32,113 nt of DNA from an uncultured Candidatus Saccharibacteria bacterium (GCA_964638595.1 CAZWYU010000019.1:1-32113); one strand, 5' to 3'; counted from the stretch's first letter, positions 8,311 through 16,765 are shown. Made by a program: numbers and translations. The notes: generated by a model not told the origin, from the sequence alone.

Positions 8311-8349
8311 TTGTGCTTAGCCCGGGTAAGCACAACGTGCCCTTTTTTA
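8311..8349 (+). terminator. Rho-independent terminator after hpf
   Basis: A perfect 9-bp stem TTGTGCTTA/TAAGCACAA with loop GCCCGGG is followed by a T6 run at 8343-8348. Confidence 0.6.
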
Positions 8350-8363
8350 TTTACAAATTAATG

Positions 8364-8441
8364 GATTAACGGATTAACTAATTACGATTAACGATTTACG
8401 ATTAACGATTCACGATTAACGATTTACGATTTACGATTAAC
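8364..8441. repeat. Tandem heptamer array, about 11 units of GATTNAC (GATTAAC/GATTTAC/GATTCAC)
   Basis: Read directly: ggattaac ggattaac taattac gattaac gatttac gattaac gattcac gattaac gatttac gatttac gattaac. Confidence 0.9.
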
Positions 8442-8504
8442 AGGCTTTTATATGTGATAAAAAATAGGAGTTAAATTATACTCATTGGAATTTATTTAGA
8501 ATAT

Positions 8505-11093
8505 ATGTCTATTTTAAACAAGATTTTTGGTGACGAAAATAAAAAATATTTAAAGAAGATTCAACCTTTGGTTAATGAAATTAATGAACTTGAAACAAAA
8601 ATCAAGGATTTTTCAGATATTCAGTTAAAACAAAAAACAGAGGAGCTTAAAGAGAATATTAGAAAACAAGCTTTAGATAAATTTTTGCCCGAAGCTTATG
8701 CTTTGGTTAGGGAGGTTGCAAAGAGAACTCTCCAGCAGAGACATTTTGATGTTCAGTTGATAGGAGGTATTGCTTTGCATCAAGGCAAGGTTGCAGAGAT
8801 GAAAACAGGAGAGGGAAAAACCCTTGCTTCTACTCTGCCAGTTTACCTTAATGCCTTAGAGAATAAGGGCGTACACTTAATAACTGTTAATGAGTATTTG
8901 GCAAAAAGAGATACTGTTTGGATGGGCCAAATTTATAATGCGTTAGGTTTAAGTGTTTCCTGTTTAGTTCATCAAGGCGCTTTTATTTATGACCCTGATT
9001 ATAGTGAAGAAAATCAGAAGTTAGAAGCCAAAAACCAAAATCACGATGAAAAATTTAAAAATTCCTCATTGGCTAAAAATACAGAGGAACAAACAAAAGT
9101 TCAAAATAAAGAAAACGAAGATTTAGATAAAATAAGGGATAAAGTTCGCGATGAAATAGGTGCCTTCAAAATAGTTGAAAGCTATTTAAGACCAGCTTCT
9201 AGAAAAGAAGCTTACCAAGCAGATATTACATATGGCACTAATCATGAATTTGGTTTTGATTATTTGAGGGACAATATGGCTTATTCTGAAGAGCAGAAAG
9301 TACAGCGTGGCCTTAATTATGCCATAATAGATGAAGTTGATTCTGTTTTGATTGATGAAGCCAGAACTCCTTTAATAATTTCTGCACCAGATACCGAAAG
9401 CTCTCAACTCTATAGAGAATTTTCTCAATTAATTCCCAAGTTAAAAAAAGACGAGGATTATGAAATTTATGAAAAAGAAAAAGCTGTTACCCTAACCGAA
9501 CAAGGAATAGAAAAAATAGAAAAGCTTTTAGGATTGGAAAATATTTATCAATCAAAAGGTATAAGATATCTTCACTATTTAGAACAGGCTCTTCGGGCTA
9601 ATGTTTTGTTTCAGAGAGATAGAGATTATGTAGTGAAGAATAATGAAATTATTATAGTAGATGAGTTTACTGGCCGTTTAATGCCGGGCAGGCGTTGGTC
9701 AGGCGGTCTCCATCAGGCAGTTGAAGCCAAAGAGGGTTTAAATGTTAAGCCAGAGTCTTTAACTCTTGCCTCTATTTCTATCCAAAACTATTTTAGAATG
9801 TATGATAAGCTAGCAGGTATGACTGGGACAGCATTAACTTCAGCTGAAGAATTTGAAAAAGTCTATAAATTGGAAGTTATTATTGTTCCTACCAACGAGT
9901 CAATTGTTAGAAAAGATTTAAGCGATGTTGTATATAAAACTAAGGAAGAAAAATTAATAGCTTTAGTTGAAAGGATAAAAAAAGCTAATCAAAAGGGCCA
10001 ACCAGTTTTGGCGGGAACGCGTTCTATTGAAAAAAATGAGATTTTAAGCGAACTTCTTAAAAGGAACGGCATTAATCACGAATTATTAAATGCAAAGCAA
10101 CACGAAAGGGAAGCAGAAATTATTGCCCAAGCTGGCAGATTAGGAGCGGTAACTGTGGCTACTAATATGGCCGGTCGGGGCGTTGATATTGTACTAGGAG
10201 GCAATCCTTCCACAAAAGAAGAGGCTGATGAAGCAAAAAAAGCCGGCGGTCTTTTGGTTTTGGGAACTGAAAGGCATGAAGCCAGAAGAATTGATAATCA
10301 GCTTAGAGGGCGTTCGGGCAGGCAAGGTGACCCAGGCGAGAGCCAATTTTATCTTTCTATGGAAGATGATTTGATGAGAATTTTTGGTGGCGAAAGAATT
10401 AAAAGTATGATGGATAGGTTAAAATTACCGGAAGGCCAGCCTATTCAATCTAAAATTATATCCAATGCAGTAGAGTCAGCTCAAGCTAAAATTGAGGGAA
10501 TGAATTTTGATTTAAGAAAACACTTGTTGGAATATGATGATGTAATGAATGTCCACCGCAGTTCTTTTTACAAAAAAAGAAAAGAGTTATTGAAAGAAAA
10601 TGAAAAAGATTTAAAAGACAAGGTTTTAGAATATTTTGATAAACAAAAGCAAAATAAAGATATCTTTTTTGAAAAAGAAAAACAGATAGGTGAGGAATTT
10701 CCAAAAATTCTTCGTTATCTCTGCCTCAAAATTTATGATAATTCTTGGATTGAACATTTATCAGAGATGGAATACCTAAGAAGCAGGGTTAGTCTGCGCG
10801 CTTACGGTCAGTTAGATCCCTTAGTGGAGTATAAAAAAGAGAGTTATAATATGTTTAAGCAACTTTTAAATAGTTTGGAAATTAATATTGTAGAAGCTAT
10901 TGCTAAATTAGGAAAACAGTTAGAAATAAAAGAAACACCCACTAAAAAACAATCAAATATAAATAATTTTTATAGCAAAAAAAAGATAGGCAGAAATGAT
11001 CCCTGCCCCTGTGGAGCAATTAATCCAAAGACAGGTAAAGTGTATAAATATAAAAATTGTGGATTAATTAATGCTCCTTATCATAAAGGATAA
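8505..11093 (+). CDS. secA: Preprotein translocase ATPase SecA
   Basis: It has MKTGEGKTL (Walker A), DEVDSVLIDEARTPLIIS and TNMAGRGVDI. The C-terminus has the zinc motif GRNDPCPCG. A Lys/Glu/Asn-rich insert lies near residues 165-215. Confidence 0.95.
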   Translation: MSILNKIFGDENKKYLKKIQPLVNEINELETKIKDFSDIQLKQKTEELKENIRKQALDKFLPEAYALVREVAKRTLQQRHFDVQLIGGIALHQGKVAEMKTGEGKTLASTLPVYLNALENKGVHLITVNEYLAKRDTVWMGQIYNALGLSVSCLVHQGAFIYDPDYSEENQKLEAKNQNHDEKFKNSSLAKNTEEQTKVQNKENEDLDKIRDKVRDEIGAFKIVESYLRPASRKEAYQADITYGTNHEFGFDYLRDNMAYSEEQKVQRGLNYAIIDEVDSVLIDEARTPLIISAPDTESSQLYREFSQLIPKLKKDEDYEIYEKEKAVTLTEQGIEKIEKLLGLENIYQSKGIRYLHYLEQALRANVLFQRDRDYVVKNNEIIIVDEFTGRLMPGRRWSGGLHQAVEAKEGLNVKPESLTLASISIQNYFRMYDKLAGMTGTALTSAEEFEKVYKLEVIIVPTNESIVRKDLSDVVYKTKEEKLIALVERIKKANQKGQPVLAGTRSIEKNEILSELLKRNGINHELLNAKQHEREAEIIAQAGRLGAVTVATNMAGRGVDIVLGGNPSTKEEADEAKKAGGLLVLGTERHEARRIDNQLRGRSGRQGDPGESQFYLSMEDDLMRIFGGERIKSMMDRLKLPEGQPIQSKIISNAVESAQAKIEGMNFDLRKHLLEYDDVMNVHRSSFYKKRKELLKENEKDLKDKVLEYFDKQKQNKDIFFEKEKQIGEEFPKILRYLCLKIYDNSWIEHLSEMEYLRSRVSLRAYGQLDPLVEYKKESYNMFKQLLNSLEINIVEAIAKLGKQLEIKETPTKKQSNINNFYSKKKIGRNDPCPCGAINPKTGKVYKYKNCGLINAPYHKG

Positions 11094-11216
11094 AATATAA
11101 TTTGCTTTAATTTTGGCAAAGGCGGGCGGTTTAGGAAAGAAATAAAGATACTGTTACTGGTCTGATATGGCCAAAAAGTTATGTTCCACTTGGTAGAGCA
11201 TAGCTTAATTTTTTTT

Positions 11217-11305
11217 CCACCTCCGTTCTTCCCCTCAAAGAGGGAAAGGATTAAGGAGGGGCTTGCTTTCTTTTTTCTCCACTTTTTGAGAGAGAGAGAG
11301 GGGGT
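11217..11305. repeat. G/C-rich hairpin-forming dispersed element, copy A, including a (GA)6 tract
   Basis: CCACCTC...TCCCCTCAAAGAGGGAAAGGATTAAGGAGGGG. The 14-mer GGATTAAGGAGGGG is the exact reverse complement of 15302-15315. CCACCTC is the reverse complement of GAGGTGG in copy B. Confidence 0.7.
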
Positions 11306-11433
11306 TAAGAATTATATTTTTTTACAAACTTCATTTAATTAAGGAAACAGTGGTCAATATCTGCCTAACCATAGACTCTTTTTTATAATATACAATCAAA
11401 ATATTAAGAGATATTGCTGATTAAAATAATTAT

Positions 11434-11469
11434 TAAAAAAAGCACCAATATATTTTTTTGGTGCCTTTT
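11434..11469. terminator. Bidirectional-looking intrinsic terminator
   Basis: The stem GCACCAA/TTGGTGC is flanked by an A-run on one side and a T-run on the other. It lies just 3' of the minus-strand small ORF. Confidence 0.55.
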
Positions 11470-11473
11470 CTAT

Positions 11474-11638
11474 TTAACTATGGAAGATTCTGGTTACAAA
11501 AATACCTATTAACAATCCTACTGGAAAAAAAATTGCCCAAAACTGATAATCTTCAGGGCTATATTTTAATTTTGTAAGTATTGTTATCATTGTCATTCCA
11601 AATATCAAAGAGAGTAGGGTTCGTGCGGTTTTCTCCAT
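11474..11638 (-). CDS. Small hydrophobic protein (54 aa, about 2 TM segments), absent from the ORF track
   Basis: The minus strand reads GAGGAGGTAACTA-ATG and encodes MEKTARTLLSLIFGMTMITILTKLKYSPEDYQFWAIFFPVGLLIGIFVTRIFHS*. It has a clear Shine-Dalgarno site and is followed by a terminator. Confidence 0.55.
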   Translation of the reverse strand: MEKTARTLLSLIFGMTMITILTKLKYSPEDYQFWAIFFPVGLLIGIFVTRIFHS

Positions 11639-11723
11639 TAGTTACCTCCTCAAAAGATCAGTTATTTTTCAAAAGCATTTATTCTATTATATTGTTTTTT
11701 TAAAAAAAGTCAAATTAATCTGT

Positions 11724-11752
11724 TTGACATTTTTTGCTTTTATTCATATAAT
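11724..11752 (+). promoter_or_regulatory. Consensus sigma-70 promoter (TTGACA-17 nt-TATAAT) placed 8 nt before the secD ATG
   Basis: TTGACA is at 11724-11729, TATAAT at 11747-11752 and the ATG at 11761. There is no SD sequence. Confidence 0.65.
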
Positions 11753-11760
11753 TATTCAAA

Positions 11761-13119
11761 ATGCAAAAAGATTATTACAAATTAATTTCAATTAGCACAA
11801 TAATTTTAGCCCTAATGACGGCTGTTTTTGTTCTACCTTCTACTTTTAACAAAGGGATTGATTTTATTTGCGAAAAATTGGATTGGCAGCTACCTCGTAT
11901 TCCTGAAAAAGAGTTTCAGCTCGGTTTGGATTTACAGGGTGGAGCAGAGCTTTTATATGAAGCTGACCTTTCTGAAATTGAAGAAGGTTCTCGCTCTCAA
12001 GCAATGGATGGATTAAGAGATGTTATAGACAGAAGAATAAATACTTTGGGTGTAAGAGAGCCAGAAATAGAAACAGTTATAGCTGGAGATGTTTATCGTT
12101 TAAGAGTTAGGATTCCTGGTATTACAGACCCTCAAGAAGCAATTCAAGAAATTGGAAAAACTCCTTATTTAGAATTTAGTGAACTTAAAGAGGACTACGA
12201 GGAAATACAAAAACATAATCAAGAAGTAGAAAATAGTGGAGAGGGAGAAATTCAAGATGTTTTTAAACCAACCAAGCTCACTGGTCGTTATTTAAAAGGA
12301 GCCAATATCGCTTTTGACCAAAACACTTATAATCCCTATATTTCTCTTCAATTTAATGATGAAGGATCAAAGCTTTTTGAAGAGATTACAGGAAGGAATG
12401 TTAATAAACCTTTAGCAATTTTTATTGATAATGAGCTTCTTTCTGCCCCTAACGTCAATCAAAAGATTAGTGGCGGGTTAGCCCAAATTACCGGAGATTT
12501 TACAACCGAAGAAGCAAAATATCTGGCTAGAAATCTTAATGCCGGCGCTTTACCGGTACCAATTGGCGAGCCCATAGCCCAAGTTAGCGTTGGCCCTACA
12601 TTAGGCAAAGTTTCTTTACAAAAAAGCTTAGTAGCTGGAATTTATGGTATTTTATCCATTATTGTGTTTTTGATTATAATTTATAGGATGCCCGGCTTGT
12701 TGGCCTCTATATCTTTGCTGATTTATGGATTTTTAGTCTTAGGACTATTTAAGTTTGGGGGCTTTACTTTAACACTTTCTGGCATTGGCGGTTTTATTCT
12801 TTCTTTAGGTATGGCTGTTGACGCAAATATTCTGATTTTTTCCAGAATGAGAGAAGAAATAAAAGTCGGAAAAAGTATTGACTTAGCTGTAGAAGAAGGT
12901 TTTCGAAGATCTTGGCCCTCAATTAGAGATGGAAACTTGACTACTCTAATTGTTGGTTTAATTCTTTTTGGCGTGGGCACAAGTTTTGTTCAAGGTTTTG
13001 CCACTACTCTTTGTTTGGGTATTTTGATCAGTATGTTTTCTGCAGTCTTTGTTAGCCGAAGTTTTTTAGGTTTTTTAGCCCAAACTCGGTTGGCTAAACT
13101 AAAAAAATTATGGTTGTAA
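11761..13119 (+). CDS. secD: Protein translocase subunit SecD
   Basis: It has the LGLDLQGG motif and six C-terminal TM segments. It overlaps secF by 10 nt. Confidence 0.9.
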   Translation: MQKDYYKLISISTIILALMTAVFVLPSTFNKGIDFICEKLDWQLPRIPEKEFQLGLDLQGGAELLYEADLSEIEEGSRSQAMDGLRDVIDRRINTLGVREPEIETVIAGDVYRLRVRIPGITDPQEAIQEIGKTPYLEFSELKEDYEEIQKHNQEVENSGEGEIQDVFKPTKLTGRYLKGANIAFDQNTYNPYISLQFNDEGSKLFEEITGRNVNKPLAIFIDNELLSAPNVNQKISGGLAQITGDFTTEEAKYLARNLNAGALPVPIGEPIAQVSVGPTLGKVSLQKSLVAGIYGILSIIVFLIIIYRMPGLLASISLLIYGFLVLGLFKFGGFTLTLSGIGGFILSLGMAVDANILIFSRMREEIKVGKSIDLAVEEGFRRSWPSIRDGNLTTLIVGLILFGVGTSFVQGFATTLCLGILISMFSAVFVSRSFLGFLAQTRLAKLKKLWL

Positions 13120-14009
13120 GATTCTTAAAATTCAGCAAATTTTATTTTATTTTTTCTTTATTTTTGGCTGTTTTGAGTATTACAGCGCTTTTACTTTTTG
13201 ATTTAAACTGGGGGATAGATTTTGTAGGCGGTAGCGTCTTGAAGATTAGTTATAGCGAGAACAGACCAAGTCATACTGATTTATCGACTGAATTAAACAA
13301 CATTGGTTTAAATAATTTTTCTTTGCGTTTAAGAGGGGAGAATGAGATAGTCATTAGAATGTCAGAAATTGGGCAGGACCTAAAGAATAAAATTTCTGAA
13401 TATTTTTATAATTCTCCCAATGTAGAAAACGAAAAACTAAGCTTTGAGTCGGTGAGCCCAATAGTAGGAGAAGAAACTAAATCTAAGGCCTTAAGAGCGG
13501 TTTTTTATTCAGTTATTGCCATCATACTTTATGTTGCATTTGTTTTTAGGAAAGTTTCTAAGCCAATAAGATCTTGGCAATATGGAATTGCTACGGTGGT
13601 TGCTTTAGTTCATGATGTCTTAATTCCGTTGGGCCTTTTCGCTATTTTGGGCCATTATTTAGGGATAGAATTTTCAGTTCCTATTTTAACCGCCCTTTTA
13701 ACCATTTTTGGTTATTCGGTTAACGACACGGTTGTTGTCTTGGATAGAATTAGGGAAAATTTGCTATTGGGCAGAGGAGAAGATTTTTCAGATTTGGTTA
13801 ATATAAGCTTGAACCAGACTTTGGTGAGGTCAATTAATACTTCCTTTACCACATTTTTAGTCTTATTAGCTATTTACTTATTTGGCGGGGAGAGTTTAAG
13901 CTGGTTTGCCCTAGCTTTGATTGCTGGGGTTATTGCCGGCACTTATTCTTCTATATTTTTAGCTAGTCCTTTATTGGTAAAATGGTTAGCTTTTGCCTAC
14001 AGAGACTAA
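13110..14009 (+). CDS. secF: Protein translocase subunit SecF
   Basis: It has the GIDFVGGS motif and the SecD/SecF-type TM bundle (GYSVNDTVVVLDRIRE). Confidence 0.9.
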   Translation: MVVRFLKFSKFYFIFSLFLAVLSITALLLFDLNWGIDFVGGSVLKISYSENRPSHTDLSTELNNIGLNNFSLRLRGENEIVIRMSEIGQDLKNKISEYFYNSPNVENEKLSFESVSPIVGEETKSKALRAVFYSVIAIILYVAFVFRKVSKPIRSWQYGIATVVALVHDVLIPLGLFAILGHYLGIEFSVPILTALLTIFGYSVNDTVVVLDRIRENLLLGRGEDFSDLVNISLNQTLVRSINTSFTTFLVLLAIYLFGGESLSWFALALIAGVIAGTYSSIFLASPLLVKWLAFAYRD

Positions 14010-14079
14010 TTTTATGTTTGACATTAATTTTATAAAATGTTTTAATAGAATAAGATTTAAAAATAATTAATTTTATAAA

Positions 14080-15075
14080 ATGTTTGATTACCAAGTGTTC
14101 AGTAAAAATTTGTTTCAAAATTTAGCCGATAGAAAAAGAGAGGTTTTATCAAAAAGGTTCGGGTTAAATGATTTAGAGCCATTAACTCTTCAGGCTATTG
14201 GCGATGAGCTGGGCATTACCAGAGAAAGAGTGCGTCAGATAGAAAATGATGCGCTTTTAACATTAAAACATCAGCAAGCCTCAAAACTCAATAAACCGTT
14301 TCAAATAATTTTAGATTATTTAAACAGAAACGGTGGATTGAGGGAAGAATCTATTTTATTACAAGATTTAGGCGAAAATAGATTCCAAAATTATATTGTT
14401 TTGTTTTTAACACTTGGAGATGATTTTAAAAAAATTAAAGAAACAGAAGATTTTTTTACTCTATGGACAACAGAAGAAAAAAAGATTCAAGAAGCTAAGT
14501 TGATTATTAAAGAGCTTGTTAGAGAACTCAAAAGAAGAAACGACTTAATGGAGGCCGAAGAGATGAATAAAAAGATAAGTCTTAATCTTGAGATGCCGAT
14601 TTTAATTTCTTATATTGATGTTTCAAAATATATTTTTCAGTCTCCTTTTGGCCAATATGGTTTAGCTTATTGGCCGGAAGTTAAGCCTAGAGGATTGAAA
14701 GATAATGCTTACTTAGTCTTAAAAAAAGAAGCTAATCCTCTTCATTTTAAGGAGATTGCTCAAAAAATAGGCGAATTATCTAATAGTAAAGAAAATATTT
14801 TGCCTGAAAGTGTACACAATGAACTAATAAGAAATGATAACTTTGTGCTTATTGGACGGGGAATTTATGCTTTGAGAGAGTGGGGCTATAAACCGGGTAC
14901 TGTTAAAGAGGTTATTAAAGATATTCTAAAAAAAGCTAATAAACAATTATCTAAGGACGAGGTAATCAAAAAGGTTCTTGAACAAAGGAATGTCCAAGAA
15001 AGCACCGTGGCTTTAAATTTACAGGATAAAAAATTGTTTAAGAGCAATGAGCAAGGAAAATACAGCTTAGTTTAA
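14080..15075 (+). CDS. Sigma-70 region-4-like HTH protein with a C-terminal HARE-HTH (RNAP delta-like) domain
   Basis: The N-terminus, REVLSKRFGL...LTLQAIGDELGITRERVRQIENDALLTLK, matches the sigma region 4.2 pattern. The C-terminus, LHFKEIAQKI...NFVLIGRGIYALREWGY, matches the HARE-HTH pattern. Confidence 0.65.
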   Translation: MFDYQVFSKNLFQNLADRKREVLSKRFGLNDLEPLTLQAIGDELGITRERVRQIENDALLTLKHQQASKLNKPFQIILDYLNRNGGLREESILLQDLGENRFQNYIVLFLTLGDDFKKIKETEDFFTLWTTEEKKIQEAKLIIKELVRELKRRNDLMEAEEMNKKISLNLEMPILISYIDVSKYIFQSPFGQYGLAYWPEVKPRGLKDNAYLVLKKEANPLHFKEIAQKIGELSNSKENILPESVHNELIRNDNFVLIGRGIYALREWGYKPGTVKEVIKDILKKANKQLSKDEVIKKVLEQRNVQESTVALNLQDKKLFKSNEQGKYSLV

Positions 15076-15092
15076 AACTAAAATTTTTAGTT

Positions 15093-15120
15093 TAAATTCT
15101 AAATTCTAAATTCTAAATCC
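15093..15120. repeat. Tandem heptamer array, TAAATTC x3 plus TAAATCC
   Basis: Read directly from the sequence. Confidence 0.85.
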
Positions 15121-15179
15121 TATAATTAATAATCAAATGTGTAAATTATTAATTTTTAATGAATAATTATCAAAAGATT

Positions 15180-15278
15180 GTAACTCGTAACACATAACAG
15201 GCAACACGGGAAAAACTTAAAAGTCGTATTGCGTATAGGGTATAAAAAAATAAGTATTCTTATACGAAATAAGAAATA
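15180..15278. repeat. Successive degenerate 7-bp-periodic arrays (GTAACNC-type, then NNNGTAT-type, then NGAAATA)
   Basis: The units read gtaactc gtaacac ataacag gcaacac, then gtcgtat tgcgtat agggtat aaaaaaa taagtat tcttata cgaaata agaaata. Confidence 0.6.
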
Positions 15279-15295
15279 TAATTGAAAATTAAACA

Positions 15296-15395
15296 GGAAT
15301 CCCCCTCCTTAATCCCCCCTCTTTTTTTATAGGAGGGAAGAAATTTATTTTCTAATCCGCTCCCCTCTTTAAAGGGGAGGATAGAGGTGGGGGAG
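15296..15395. repeat. G/C-rich hairpin-forming dispersed element, copy B, inverted relative to copy A
   Basis: CCCCTCCTTAATCC...CTCCCCTCTTTAAAGGGGAGGATAGAGGTGG. The hairpin CTCCCC-N8-GGGGAG parallels TCCCCTC-AAA-GAGGGA in copy A. Confidence 0.7.
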
Positions 15396-15464
15396 AAGTT
15401 GAATCCTAGAACTAAAAACAATTGGATTTTGATTAGAGTAATTAGAAATTAGAAATTGATTTTA

Positions 15465-16760
15465 ATGTCTGTATCATCCATTTTTCTTTTTATATGGACA
15501 ATTATTAAAACGTGGTGGTGGGTTATGCTTCCGCTCTTATTATTGAAGCCTTTTAAATATCTCTGGCTTTTTTGGCGGAGTGATAAATTTGCAGCTACCG
15601 AAGTTAACAATATTTTATTAGAGTTTAGAATGCCTCCAGAAGTTGAAAGGCCATTTAAAGCTATGGAGCAAGTTTATGCCGGGATATGGATGCTTTATGA
15701 CCCTCCTGATTTTTATGAAAAATGGATTGAAGGTAAATTTCAGCCTACTTTTTCTATTGAAATAATCAGCATTGAGGGAAATATCCATTTTTACATTCGA
15801 TGCCCAAAAGGAGCTCAAAACCTTATAGAATCAAGCGTTTACTCACAATATCCGGAAGTAGAGATTTCAGAAGTAGAAGATTATGTTTTGGATATTCCAA
15901 AAGGTATTCCAAATGAAAAATGGGATTTATGGGGCTGTGACAACGAATTAATAAAAGATGATGTTTATCCAATAAAAACTTATCCAAAATTTTTTGAAGA
16001 AAGACCAGCCCAAGAAGAAACAGAAAGAGTTGACCCTTTGGCTGCGCTACTGGAGGGACTTGGTAGATTAGGACCAGGAGAAAGAGCTGGTGTCCAATTT
16101 ACTTTTAAGCCGGTTACAGTAGCTGAAAATAATTATAATAAGAGGGCGGAAGATTTGGTTAATAAAATGGTTAGTCGTCCAGACAAGACTATCAGACGTC
16201 AACCTATCATTAAAGAAGCTGCCGATGTTGTTTTGTTGGGACAGTTGCCAAGTGAAGCAGGAAAAGAAGAAAATGGACAATTTATCCCTCCAGAAATGAA
16301 AATGACTCCTGGCGAAAGAGAAATTGTTTCTAGCATTGAATACAAAGTTTCAAAAACTATGTTTGAGGGCTTTATCCGTTTTATGATTTTAGGCGAAAGA
16401 GACAAATGGAATAAAGCTAATCTTAGAAGTATATTGGGTTATTTTGCTAATTTTAATACCCAAAACCTAAATTCTTTTAAACCTTGGTCGCCTAGCATTA
16501 CAAAAATTCATAAGCACGAGAAATTTTTTCTCAATATTTTTTTTCATAAAACTTTAGTATTTTTTAAAAAACGCCGCCTGTTAAGAAGATATATAAATCG
16601 TTTGCGCTATAACTATCCTAAACCCGGCAAGACCTTTATTTTAAATATTGAAGAATTGGCGTCTATGTTCCACTTTGTGGGGCGAAGCGCTGTGCCGGCG
16701 CCTTCTATAAAAAGGGTGGAAGCCAAAAAAGGAGAACCACCAGCTAATTTACCTCAATAA
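15465..16760 (+). CDS. Membrane-anchored protein of unknown function; partner of the downstream VirD4/TraD-like ATPase
   Basis: The ORF track gives 15456..16760 with a TTG start; there is an ATG at 15465. The N-terminus is hydrophobic and Trp-rich (IFLFIWTIIKTWWWVMLPLLLL), followed by a ~400-aa soluble part. I recognise no family motif. Its stop lies 5 nt before the next start. Confidence 0.6.
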   Translation: MSVSSIFLFIWTIIKTWWWVMLPLLLLKPFKYLWLFWRSDKFAATEVNNILLEFRMPPEVERPFKAMEQVYAGIWMLYDPPDFYEKWIEGKFQPTFSIEIISIEGNIHFYIRCPKGAQNLIESSVYSQYPEVEISEVEDYVLDIPKGIPNEKWDLWGCDNELIKDDVYPIKTYPKFFEERPAQEETERVDPLAALLEGLGRLGPGERAGVQFTFKPVTVAENNYNKRAEDLVNKMVSRPDKTIRRQPIIKEAADVVLLGQLPSEAGKEENGQFIPPEMKMTPGEREIVSSIEYKVSKTMFEGFIRFMILGERDKWNKANLRSILGYFANFNTQNLNSFKPWSPSITKIHKHEKFFLNIFFHKTLVFFKKRRLLRRYINRLRYNYPKPGKTFILNIEELASMFHFVGRSAVPAPSIKRVEAKKGEPPANLPQ

Positions 16761-16765
16761 ACTCT

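Noticed and set aside
7875-8333. A 152-aa minus-strand ORF that is longer than, and completely covers, the hpf gene
   Set aside because: The + strand product has a clear HPF/RaiA sequence pattern. The antisense product is the Leu/Phe/Ser-rich low-complexity translation typical of the reverse strand of a Lys/Glu-rich gene. It has no motif or RBS.
8364-8441. Possible CRISPR array, given the short tandem repeats here and at 15093-15278
   Set aside because: The units are 7 bp, contiguous and without spacers. There are no cas genes. This is tandem microsatellite-like DNA, not CRISPR.
11185-11215. A tRNA-like string CCACTTGGTAGAGCATAGC, suggesting a tRNA gene or fragment downstream of secA
   Set aside because: I could not fold an acceptor stem, anticodon arm or T-arm around it. 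At most it is a D-arm-like fragment.
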